Shown: positions 45,030 through 52,651 of the stretch, piece after piece | How positions within the stretch are numbered: the stretch's first letter is position 1 | How the letters are laid out: the number at the start of each line of letters is the position of its first letter | NCBI GenBank assembly: GCA_003282445.1 | Contig: QBZE01000005.1 | Coordinates: 14,172 to 78,171 of the forward strand | Reading direction: 5' to 3' | DNA from: OCS155 cluster bacterium AG-333-G23 | GTDB taxonomy: Bacteria > Actinomycetota > Acidimicrobiia > Actinomarinales > Actinomarinaceae | DNA length: 64,000 nucleotides | Notes under the pieces: model-generated | Database searches by the model: none | What the model saw: only the letters and a program-made list of their open reading frames with translations | Told to the model about the DNA's origin: nothing | Made by a program: the position numbers and the translations under genes

Positions 45030-45065
45030 ATTATTTCTCCTCTTACGTTACATTATATAAAAAAG

Positions 45066-45090
45066 TTTGGGGAGGTAAAACCTCCCCAAA
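45066..45090 (-). terminator. Intrinsic-terminator-like hairpin between mannitol EIIC and EIIB
   Basis: On the minus-strand RNA the sequence is UUUGGGGAGGU-UUU-ACCUCCCCAAA (an 11-bp perfect stem), followed by CUUUUUUAUAU. It starts 22 nt after the EIIC stop. Confidence 0.5.
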
Positions 45091-45112
45091 CAAATTTTTA
45101 GCTTAAAGAAAC

Positions 45113-46174
45113 TTAAGCAGTTGGAACGTTGACGTCGATTGTGTCTTCAACTCCAGCATCAGTTTCTGTTATTGGTCTAGCTCTTAAGATGATTGTACCA
45201 ACGACTGCAGCAGCAACTGCTCCAATCAATACACCACCTAGCACAGCAAAGTGTCCACCTCTAGGTGTAACAGCTAAGTATGCAAATATACTTCCTGGTG
45301 AAGGTGTTGCCACCAAACCAGCTCCAGTAATCTGGAACCAGAGGTCAGCAGAAATTCCACCTGCCCACATACTTAGGATCATAATTGGATGTCCTAAAAC
45401 ATATGGGAAGTAAATTTCGTGAATTCCTCCAAAGAAGTGAATGATAATGGAACCTGGAGCAGATTGCTTCCACATTCCAGTACCTGCAAACCAATATGCA
45501 AGCAACAACCCTAGACCTGGTCCAGGATTTGTTTCAAGCAAGAACCAGATGGATTGACCAGTTTCAGCAGCTTCAGCTGCTCCAAGTGGTCCTAATACAC
45601 CGTGGTTGATTGCATTGTTTAAAAATAGTACTTTGGCTACTTCAATAGGAATGTCTGCTAATGGTACTAGACCTGCGTCTACTAATGCACCAGCTGCATT
45701 TCCTAAGAAATCGGTTATTCCTTGCAGAATTGGACCGATAACGTTCTTGCTTACAACTGCAAGAATTGTACCAAGGATACCTAGTGAGAAGTTGTCTACC
45801 AACATCTCAAAGCCTTCAGGAGTTGCAGGTTGCAAAGCTCCGTCTACTTTCTTTTGTACCCATGCTGCCAAAGGACCTATGGCCATAGCTCCTAAGAATT
45901 GAGGAGTAGTTGAACCAACAACAATAGCTGTTGTTACAACTGCACCAATTACACCACCTCTGTGTCCATGAACCATTTTTCCACCTGTATAACCAATAAG
46001 TATTGGTAACATGGTCACGATCATAGGACCAACCATTTCAGATAGGCCTTCGTTAGGTACCCATCCTGTTGGTATAAAGAGAGCTGTAATCAAACCCCAA
46101 GCAATGAAAGCACCGATGTTAGGAATAACCATTCCTGCCATCGCGCCCCCAACGCGTTGTATGGATTCTTTCAT
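45113..46174 (-). CDS. PTS mannitol-specific EIIC
   Basis: 353 aa. VIPNIGAFIAWGLITALFIPTGWVPNE, LFLNNAINHG, ETNPGPG and GGIHEIYFPYVL are near-identical blocks to the E. coli MtlA EIIC domain. Confidence 0.9.
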   Translation of the reverse strand: MKESIQRVGGAMAGMVIPNIGAFIAWGLITALFIPTGWVPNEGLSEMVGPMIVTMLPILIGYTGGKMVHGHRGGVIGAVVTTAIVVGSTTPQFLGAMAIGPLAAWVQKKVDGALQPATPEGFEMLVDNFSLGILGTILAVVSKNVIGPILQGITDFLGNAAGALVDAGLVPLADIPIEVAKVLFLNNAINHGVLGPLGAAEAAETGQSIWFLLETNPGPGLGLLLAYWFAGTGMWKQSAPGSIIIHFFGGIHEIYFPYVLGHPIMILSMWAGGISADLWFQITGAGLVATPSPGSIFAYLAVTPRGGHFAVLGGVLIGAVAAAVVGTIILRARPITETDAGVEDTIDVNVPTA

Positions 46175-46200
46175 TTTTCAATCTCCTTTGATTGATTAAT

Positions 46201-46218
46201 TGTCGTAGTGTTACGACA
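46201..46218 (-). promoter_or_regulatory. Perfect 7-4-7 palindrome upstream of mannitol EIIC (candidate operator or 5'-UTR hairpin)
   Basis: TGTCGTA-GTGT-TACGACA lies 27-44 nt upstream of the EIIC ATG and 6 nt downstream of a minus-strand TATAAT (46230..46225). Confidence 0.3.
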
Positions 46219-46359
46219 CCACCTATTATATGAAAAATCTTTCTAGTTTTCTTCATAATTAATATGAAATTCAATTATTAGATGTAACTAATTTATAAAG
46301 AAAATGGTCCTAAAGACTATTTTTTTAATAAAGAATGGCTGATTAGACTATAAAAATCA

Positions 46360-46755
46360 GTGAATTATTTAAAAAATCTAGTAATAATAGCTTTTCTAAT
46401 TGCTGCTTTAGTAGCTATATCTTTTGGTGCTACGAAATCCTTAGTTATTAATACCTCTAAGCCTCTAACTAATGTTATTTCTGGTTCTTTTAGCATTCCT
46501 CCATCAGAAGTATTATTTAATGACGAAACAGTAACTGTAATTATTGAAAGAAGAAAGAAAGATGAGGCTGAACGAATTGTAAGCGAATGTTTAAATTACC
46601 ACTCGGAAAAATATCGTGAATACAAAAATATATCTTGTAATTTAATCGTTAAAACAAACTTACTAATTGATAATAGTTGTGAATATATAGTCGGAACTTT
46701 AAAAGAGACGGATGGGAAAAATATAATTAATTTAGGTATTAATCCAGATTGTTAA
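46360..46755 (+). CDS. Hypothetical secreted/membrane-anchored Cys-containing protein
   Basis: 131 aa with a GTG start, an N-terminal TM/signal segment and four Cys. No family was recognised. Confidence 0.4.
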   Translation: MNYLKNLVIIAFLIAALVAISFGATKSLVINTSKPLTNVISGSFSIPPSEVLFNDETVTVIIERRKKDEAERIVSECLNYHSEKYREYKNISCNLIVKTNLLIDNSCEYIVGTLKETDGKNIINLGINPDC

Positions 46756-46761
46756 AATCTA

Positions 46762-47040
46762 TTAATCAAAAATAGACCCTAGGAGACTATCTTCTTCTGT
46801 TTCAATTTCAGCTAATACTTCTCCAACATTTATTACTGAACCTTCTTCGACTATTAGCTTAATTACTTTTCCTGTAAATGGAGAGTCAAGATCCATATCT
46901 ACTTTATCAGTAGATATTTCAGCAATTATATCTCCTTTCTTGATTTCTGAACCCTCTGAAATATTCCATTTCAATAACTCTGCTTCAGTCATCTGATCAG
47001 ACATGGCGGGCAATATAATATTTTCTTTACTCATTTTCAA
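46762..47040 (-). CDS. Stand-alone lipoyl-attachment-domain protein (no E2 catalytic domain)
   Basis: 92 aa. LPAMSDQMTEAELLKW...GDIIAEISTDKVDMDL...G is the biotin/lipoyl fold, with the lipoyl lysine in TDKV. It overlaps the E1 beta gene by 14 nt. Confidence 0.75.
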   Translation of the reverse strand: MKMSKENIILPAMSDQMTEAELLKWNISEGSEIKKGDIIAEISTDKVDMDLDSPFTGKVIKLIVEEGSVINVGEVLAEIETEEDSLLGSIFD

Positions 47041-48019
47041 TTACTTTAAGTATTGAATTTATAATATCATCTTTTTGAGGTATGACTTTGTTCTCTAAAT
47101 GTTTAGCTGAAGGCATGGGTGAGTGTAATCCTGATAATAATTTTGGTGGTGTTTTTATTTTTTTAAAAGCCTCTGAGGAGACCACTTCTGTAATAACAGT
47201 GGATCCAACGGAGCTATCACCAGAAGCTTCTTGGCACATTAGAAGTCTTCCTGTCTTTCTTACTGAGCTTATCACTAAATCAATATCTAGCGGAGATAAA
47301 GTCATTAAGTCTATTAATTCAACTGAATATTTTTCTAATTTTTTATCATTAATTGCTTCTTTAGCAGTATTTATCATATTTGAGTAAGAGACAACAGTTA
47401 TGTCTGAGCCTTCAGAGATGATTTTTCCTTTTCCAAGTAGAGATGAGTCTTTCGGAAAATCATTTATCTGTACATCTTCTTTAATTTTATAAATTAACTT
47501 ATGTTCCATAAATATTATTGGATTCCTATCAATAAAAGATGCTAATAATAAATCATAAGCATTCTGTGGCCCCGATGGTGTGACAACTTTTAATCCTGGA
47601 ACATGACAGAACCATGATTCAAGTGATTGGCTATGCTGAGCAGCAGCTCCGGTGCCTCCTCCGCTTGCTCCTCTCACAATTAATGGCACATCTACTGAGC
47701 CTCCATACATGAAATGTAGCTTAGCTGCCTGGTTTACAATTGGATCCATCGCATTAACTATAAAGTCACTAAACTGCATCTCCACAATCGGTCTCATTCC
47801 AGTTATTGCAGCTCCAACTCCAAGCCCAGCTATCACGTCCTCTGAAATGGGTGTATCTTTTATTCTGTTTTCACCGTATTGTTCAAGCAAGCCATCCGTT
47901 ACTCCAAATGCTCCTCCATAAATACCAATATCTTCTCCTGCTAAAAATGCCTCTTCGTAATTATCTAAACATAGAGAAAGGGCTTTCTTGATAGCTTGAC
48001 CGGTTGACATTTCAGGCAT
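47027..48019 (-). CDS. TPP-dependent dehydrogenase E1 component, beta subunit (AcoB/PdhB-like)
   Basis: 330 aa. It has GEDIGIYGGAFGVT, DTPISE and MQFSDF, plus a C-terminal transketolase-C-like domain. Confidence 0.9.
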   Translation of the reverse strand: MPEMSTGQAIKKALSLCLDNYEEAFLAGEDIGIYGGAFGVTDGLLEQYGENRIKDTPISEDVIAGLGVGAAITGMRPIVEMQFSDFIVNAMDPIVNQAAKLHFMYGGSVDVPLIVRGASGGGTGAAAQHSQSLESWFCHVPGLKVVTPSGPQNAYDLLLASFIDRNPIIFMEHKLIYKIKEDVQINDFPKDSSLLGKGKIISEGSDITVVSYSNMINTAKEAINDKKLEKYSVELIDLMTLSPLDIDLVISSVRKTGRLLMCQEASGDSSVGSTVITEVVSSEAFKKIKTPPKLLSGLHSPMPSAKHLENKVIPQKDDIINSILKVIENE

Positions 48020-48971
48020 AAGAGTCCTCTTCTAAATTTGTTTCAGAACTTTCAGGTGATTCTAAGGCTTTTTTTACAGAATTTTTTATTTCTTCTTTTA
48101 CTTCGTTTTCAATATTTTCTAAATCTGCCTTCTTATAACCTTCTTCTAATAATTTTCCACTAAATCTAATAAGTGGATCTTTTTCTTCTTTCCAAAAATT
48201 TATTTCTTCATCAGTTCTATACAAATTTCTATCTGATTTTGAGTGACCTCTGTATCTGTAGGTAAGACATTCAATAAATCTTGGTTTTCCTTTGGACAAG
48301 ATACTTTCTTTATATCCAGCTACAGTTTCATAAACATTCTCAACATCGTTTCCATCAATAGAGATACTTTCAATACCATAAGACTCTGCTCTTTTTATAA
48401 TTGATCCTCCAGCAATAGCATTCTCTGAGGCCATTGACATTCCATATTGATTATTTTCACATAAAAATATAATTGGCAACTCCCATAAAGAAGCTAGATT
48501 TAATGCTTCGTGAAATGATCCTTCATTGACTGCTCCGTCACCAAAAAAACATAATGTAACATTGTCTTTTTTTTGCATTTTTAATGAGTGCCCTGCTCCA
48601 ACTGCGATCGTTAAGCTCCCTGCTACAACACCATTAGCACCCAAGTTTCCGTTAGAAAGATCTGCAATATGCATTGAACCTCCTCTTCCTCTACAGTATC
48701 CATCTTCTCTTCCTAGTAATTCAGCAAACATACGGAAGGTGTCGGCTCCTTTTGCTAAACAGTGTCCATGACCTCTATGTGTTGAAGTAATTAAATCTTC
48801 TTTAGTTAGTGCAAGGCATGCCCCCGCTGCAGTTGCTTCTTGTCCTATTGATAAATGCATTGTTCCATGCAAAATACCTCTTGAAAACATCTCTTCTAGG
48901 GCTTCTTCAAACATTCGAATAAGAAGCATCATTCTAAAAAGTTCTAATTTTTTATTTTTGTCCAAGGTCAT
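48012..48971 (-). CDS. TPP-dependent dehydrogenase E1 component, alpha subunit (AcoA/PdhA-like)
   Basis: 319 aa. It has GTMHLSIGQEA, HRGHGH, GRGGSMH and the TPP motif FFGDGAVNEG...NN. Confidence 0.9.
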   Translation of the reverse strand: MTLDKNKKLELFRMMLLIRMFEEALEEMFSRGILHGTMHLSIGQEATAAGACLALTKEDLITSTHRGHGHCLAKGADTFRMFAELLGREDGYCRGRGGSMHIADLSNGNLGANGVVAGSLTIAVGAGHSLKMQKKDNVTLCFFGDGAVNEGSFHEALNLASLWELPIIFLCENNQYGMSMASENAIAGGSIIKRAESYGIESISIDGNDVENVYETVAGYKESILSKGKPRFIECLTYRYRGHSKSDRNLYRTDEEINFWKEEKDPLIRFSGKLLEEGYKKADLENIENEVKEEIKNSVKKALESPESSETNLEEDSYA

Positions 48972-48974
48972 TTA

Positions 48975-50225
48975 TTAACTCTTTTGTTTTTTACGTAATT
49001 CGTTAATTAAGTTTTCAGGAAGTTCAACACTTTCTAAAGATATAGGGTCTCCAGCTTTAATTAATTTACTAACTGTTCCACCCTCAAGCAACCCAAGGGG
49101 TGCTAACCCTTTTGAATCTGATACTGGGTAGGCTACACCGTAAGAGGAAAACCCTCCTATTCCATCTATAGTCTCGCCAGGTTCTAAATCTTTTTTCGCG
49201 TGGCCTACAACTTCAGATATCCAAGTCTTTGGTTGCAATCCAGGTTCATTATTAATTATTGCCATTCCAACACTCCTTGGTGCTTCAACTGAGGCTAAAT
49301 GATATGGTCTGTAAAGCGTGTAGTATGGCCCTTCTCCCATTGAGAGATACTCCATTTCTTCAATAACGGTTGGACTGTCACTTTTTACAATAGAAAAAAC
49401 TCCTGGTGCGGGACCGAATGCAAAATCAACCCTTCCAGTATCACTAAGTACTCCTCCATCTTTTTCTGGAATTAATGTTTTATGTAAATCTTTTACCTCA
49501 GAAATAGGTCCATTCATGCCTACTTTGTCTAGAGGGATATTAATTCCATTAGATAAAGCTGTCATCTCAATCATTGTTTTACTTCCGTCAACAAAACTTG
49601 CTAACATTTTGGGGTTCATCTTTTTCTTGTTTGCCTCATCCTTCAGTGAGTCAGGTGTAGCTTTTTGATCTAATGGGTTGTTTTTGCCTTTGCCTACGCA
49701 AACAACTTCAAATCCAGTATCTATTGAAAAATCATATAGCTCTTTACAAACTACTGGCTCATCTCCGTTCGCAACACTGTAGACAACATTTTTTTCTTTT
49801 GATAGTTCAGCCAAATATAAACCTATAGTTATATCTGTTTCAACATTAAGCATTAAAACATGTTTTTCAGCTAACAGACAAGAGTAAGCAACCTCTGCAC
49901 CTACCCAGGGAACTCCTGTAGCTTCATAAACTATATCTATTGGAAGCTCAGCAAGTGATTTTACATCTGAAACTACTCCTCCGTTTCCTTTTTCTATTGA
50001 AGAACTAGCATCACTATCGTAACCTATTGAATTTATTCCTGATAAAGTTAAAGCGTTTTCCGCACGATTTTTATCTATATCAGCACAGGCAACTAATTCC
50101 ATCCCTTTTATCTTGCCAATTTGAGCGGCTAAACCAGTACCCATTTGTCCAGCACCTACTAAACCAACTCTTACTGGTCTACCTATATTTTTCTCTCTTT
50201 CAAGTAATGCTTCAGTTAAATTCAT
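48975..50225 (-). CDS. NAD(P)-binding dehydrogenase with a C-terminal SAF domain (COG4091-like, 'predicted homoserine dehydrogenase')
   Basis: 416 aa. The Rossmann motif is VRVGLVGAGQMGTG. The C-terminal GGTVSKLIKAGDPISLESVEL is a SAF-like beta-clip. Confidence 0.65.
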   Translation of the reverse strand: MNLTEALLEREKNIGRPVRVGLVGAGQMGTGLAAQIGKIKGMELVACADIDKNRAENALTLSGINSIGYDSDASSSIEKGNGGVVSDVKSLAELPIDIVYEATGVPWVGAEVAYSCLLAEKHVLMLNVETDITIGLYLAELSKEKNVVYSVANGDEPVVCKELYDFSIDTGFEVVCVGKGKNNPLDQKATPDSLKDEANKKKMNPKMLASFVDGSKTMIEMTALSNGINIPLDKVGMNGPISEVKDLHKTLIPEKDGGVLSDTGRVDFAFGPAPGVFSIVKSDSPTVIEEMEYLSMGEGPYYTLYRPYHLASVEAPRSVGMAIINNEPGLQPKTWISEVVGHAKKDLEPGETIDGIGGFSSYGVAYPVSDSKGLAPLGLLEGGTVSKLIKAGDPISLESVELPENLINELRKKQKS

Positions 50226-50581
50226 TAGTAAATATTTATTGTGTCACCAACAACTATATCGGGAATCTTTGAATATGAGCAACTGACATCTCCGGGTAAA
50301 GCCGCCTCCTGAGCTGAGTCTAGCTTTAATACCAAATGACCTAAATTTTTAAAATTTTCATTAGCAACTTCTCCAATAGATGTTACTTTTAAAATTTCAC
50401 CTGATAGTTCTATAGTTGTACCAACAACAATATCTCCATTAACAGGTTTTAACTCGTGAACTACTGCTACATCTTGAAGCTCTTCAGGAGCATTATCTCC
50501 AAAGAAGACCACTATACCTTCAGCTAAAAAAAGCTCTGATTGTTCCCCTAATTTAACAATATTTGAGGAATATATTGACAT
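50225..50581 (-). CDS. srlB: PTS glucitol/sorbitol-specific EIIA
   Basis: 118 aa. ...NFKNLGHLVLKLDSAQEAALPGDV...VVGDTINI parallels E. coli SrlB (NLRELGHVTLRFDG...FPGTV...). Confidence 0.85.
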   Translation of the reverse strand: MSIYSSNIVKLGEQSELFLAEGIVVFFGDNAPEELQDVAVVHELKPVNGDIVVGTTIELSGEILKVTSIGEVANENFKNLGHLVLKLDSAQEAALPGDVSCSYSKIPDIVVGDTINIY

Positions 50582-50959
50582 TTAAGCTTCAGTTATTTGA
50601 TCCTCAGAAACTCCTGATACAAAATTATCTTCTTTAATAAATTGAGCTAGGGGTCCAGCGGGTGTGGTGTCATGAATATCAACTGTAGGAACACCTTTCA
50701 TTGGATAGACACCTATTCTTGCAGTCCCACCACAGTCAATAACAGCGCAAGCCATTGCCTTAAAACTTCCTTCGGGAGATGATTTAAATCCATCAAATGC
50801 TTCTGCACCCGTCATATCTGCAATTTTTTGCGCTACTGGATGAATTCCTCCACCAGTAATACAAACTATATATTTTTTTTCTGCATTTGGAGATATTTCT
50901 AAAGGACCTCCCCAGCCACTTGGTCCTGCTTCTACTTTTACTTTTTTATAATCTGACAT
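50582..50959 (-). CDS. PTS glucitol-specific EIIB domain (N-terminal half of SrlE) as a separate protein
   Basis: 125 aa. GPSGWGGPLEI, VIDCGGTARIGVYP and GPLAQFIKEDNFVSGV parallel E. coli SrlE residues 1 to about 125. An AAGGAG SD is present. Confidence 0.85.
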   Translation of the reverse strand: MSDYKKVKVEAGPSGWGGPLEISPNAEKKYIVCITGGGIHPVAQKIADMTGAEAFDGFKSSPEGSFKAMACAVIDCGGTARIGVYPMKGVPTVDIHDTTPAGPLAQFIKEDNFVSGVSEDQITEA

Positions 50960-50980
50960 TTTTTCTCCTTAAAAAAATTT

Positions 50981-51010
50981 GTAACGCTCTGATTTTACAC
51001 AGAGCGCTAC
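50981..51010 (-). terminator. A-tract / hairpin / U-tract element between the two SrlE halves
   Basis: On the minus-strand RNA the sequence is GUAGCGCUCUG-UGUAAAAU-CAGAGCGUUAC: 11 bp with one G-U pair, which would be an A-C mismatch on the other strand. AAAAAUU precedes it and AAAUUUUUUU, then AAGGAG, follow. Confidence 0.45.
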
Positions 51011-51035
51011 AATTTTTAAAATTGTTTAACTAAAT

Positions 51036-51560
51036 TTATAAACCTAGTGCAAACAAGTAACCAACAACTACAGATATTGGTCCAGTTATCATTCTACTTG
51101 TGAGAACTGCTGGAACTCCAACCTCTACAGTTTCTGGCTCAGCTTCACCTAAAGCCAAACCAACAGGTACGAAGTCGCAACCAACCTGTGGGTTAATTGC
51201 AAACAATGCAGGTAGGGCCATTGAAACATCTATGTTTCCACGTCCAATTTCTGTTCCAATTAAGACACCAACAATTTGTGCTATTACAGCACCTGGTCCT
51301 AATAAAGGAGACAGAATAGGTATTGCACAAATGACACAAACTATCATAAGTCCACCTAAGCTACTTGCGAATCCTTTTATTCCGTTAGCGATAAGATCGC
51401 CTACACCGGTTTCTAATATCAATCCAATGACAAAAGTTACAAATGCCATAAAAGGAATTATGGTTTTAAGACATAGATCAACAGCATCACGTCCTGCTTG
51501 GAACAATGTTCCAACAACGCCACCTACTGATCTACCAATACGTTCTATTAAAGCTTGCAT
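51036..51560 (-). CDS. PTS glucitol-specific EIIC2 (C-terminal half of SrlE) as a separate protein
   Basis: I set the start at ATG 51560 (MQALIERIG...), overlapping the srlA stop as TAATG. The product is a 174-aa polytopic protein. Confidence 0.75.
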   Translation of the reverse strand: MQALIERIGRSVGGVVGTLFQAGRDAVDLCLKTIIPFMAFVTFVIGLILETGVGDLIANGIKGFASSLGGLMIVCVICAIPILSPLLGPGAVIAQIVGVLIGTEIGRGNIDVSMALPALFAINPQVGCDFVPVGLALGEAEPETVEVGVPAVLTSRMITGPISVVVGYLFALGL

Positions 51561-52105
51561 TATGCTGCACCTCCTTGGCGTGACTTCCACATTATGCTAA
51601 AGATAATATCAGTCACAATACCTCTGATTAAGATCACAACTAATCCAGCAAGAAGGTATCTTACTGCTAATGCTGTAACCATATCCGGTGCAACCATTTC
51701 TACGCCAGCTGCAATTCCAAGCCAAACGAATAACTCCCCACCATTTGCATGTGGGAAAATACCCGTGATTGGATGTACAAAGCTGACAGCCGCATCATAA
51801 AACGCTGGTTTATTTTTTTCTGGTAAGAATGTTCCAAATGTATAGCAAACAGGGTTAGTCAGCATAAATACTGCAACGAAAGCGAGCAAAGTATATCTAA
51901 CTGGAACATACATCCAGCCTTCTTGCGATGCCCATTTCGCAAAATTTTCGACCCTTTCTTCACCTATGAATTTAACAAGAGCATTAACTGCTGTTAAAAA
52001 CACAACTACAATTGGGATAATACCTGTGGTGAACCCTACAAAAACATCTGCAGCGGTTCTAAACACCTGTATAAACGCTTCGGCACCAGCCACTAAAGCA
52101 TCCAT
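51560..52105 (-). CDS. srlA: PTS glucitol-specific EIIC1
   Basis: 181 aa. The GAEAFIQVF...TGIIPIVVVFLTAVNALVKFIG... and FPHANGGELFVWLGIA blocks parallel E. coli SrlA. Confidence 0.85.
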   Translation of the reverse strand: MDALVAGAEAFIQVFRTAADVFVGFTTGIIPIVVVFLTAVNALVKFIGEERVENFAKWASQEGWMYVPVRYTLLAFVAVFMLTNPVCYTFGTFLPEKNKPAFYDAAVSFVHPITGIFPHANGGELFVWLGIAAGVEMVAPDMVTALAVRYLLAGLVVILIRGIVTDIIFSIMWKSRQGGAA

Positions 52106-52108
52106 AGT

Positions 52109-52495
52109 TTATCCTTTCTCTACTGAACTACTCTTTTTTTCATCAACAATTTTATTAATTAATGCATCAACAGCCATTTTGGCTGCATCATAGAGTGGTT
52201 CTTGAATATCTGAATCTCTTATTTCAGATAAAGTTTTTCCGATAAGTGTTGATTCTTTTTTCCCTTTAGCAAATACTGTTGTACCCTCTAAAGTGACTGC
52301 ATCAACAATTATTGAATCTTGATTGGCAGATACTGCTACATAGATTTTTTTTCTGCCCCATTTTGGTTGATTAACACCAATAGATACAGTTAATCCTGGT
52401 CCCTTAAGGTCATTTACAATGTTTAAGAAACTAGTAGCCTGTTCTTTGGCAAGACGCATTTGCAAGACCCACATTAATGCAAGCCCAATAAACAA
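52109..52495 (-). CDS. gutM: GutM-like glucitol operon activator
   Basis: 128 aa with a TTG start. It has an N-terminal TM helix, then ...VAVSANQDSIIVDAVTLEGTTVFAKGK, resembling GutM (...IALDDQQRIVDTLFMKGLTVFARP). Confidence 0.65.
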   Translation of the reverse strand: MFIGLALMWVLQMRLAKEQATSFLNIVNDLKGPGLTVSIGVNQPKWGRKKIYVAVSANQDSIIVDAVTLEGTTVFAKGKKESTLIGKTLSEIRDSDIQEPLYDAAKMAVDALINKIVDEKKSSSVEKG

Positions 52496-52651
52496 TGCAC
52501 CTAAGGCGTATGGTGAACTAAGTATTTTTGTTCTCCCCCCAACAACAAAATGTTATTAATTTAATTCTACAAAATAAGTTTTTCCGATGGAGAGTAGTTG
52601 GTGAAAAATACAATAACAATGTAACGTTTTTTATGTTTTGTAAGTGATAAT

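Noticed and set aside
45129-46199. Three plus-strand ORFs (94, 98 and 62 aa) inside the mannitol EIIC gene. Similar antisense ORFs occur at 51100-52193 inside the gut EIIC genes, and at 35309-35740, 47082-47991, 48526-48771, 54023-54487 and 56762-57115.
   Set aside because: They are antisense to genes with unambiguous family motifs. They have low-complexity Pro/Ala/Thr-rich compositions, typical of the reverse frame of relatively GC-richer membrane or enzyme genes. They have no start context.
46175-46359. A small RNA or small ORF in the largest intergenic spacer (185 nt). It includes a CTGATT-N10-AATCAG inverted repeat overlapping the GTG start of the 46360 ORF.
   Set aside because: Only 6-bp AU-rich pairing is possible, the embedded ORFs are 10 codons or fewer, and the spacer is adequately explained as a divergent promoter region for the mannitol operon and the 46360 gene.
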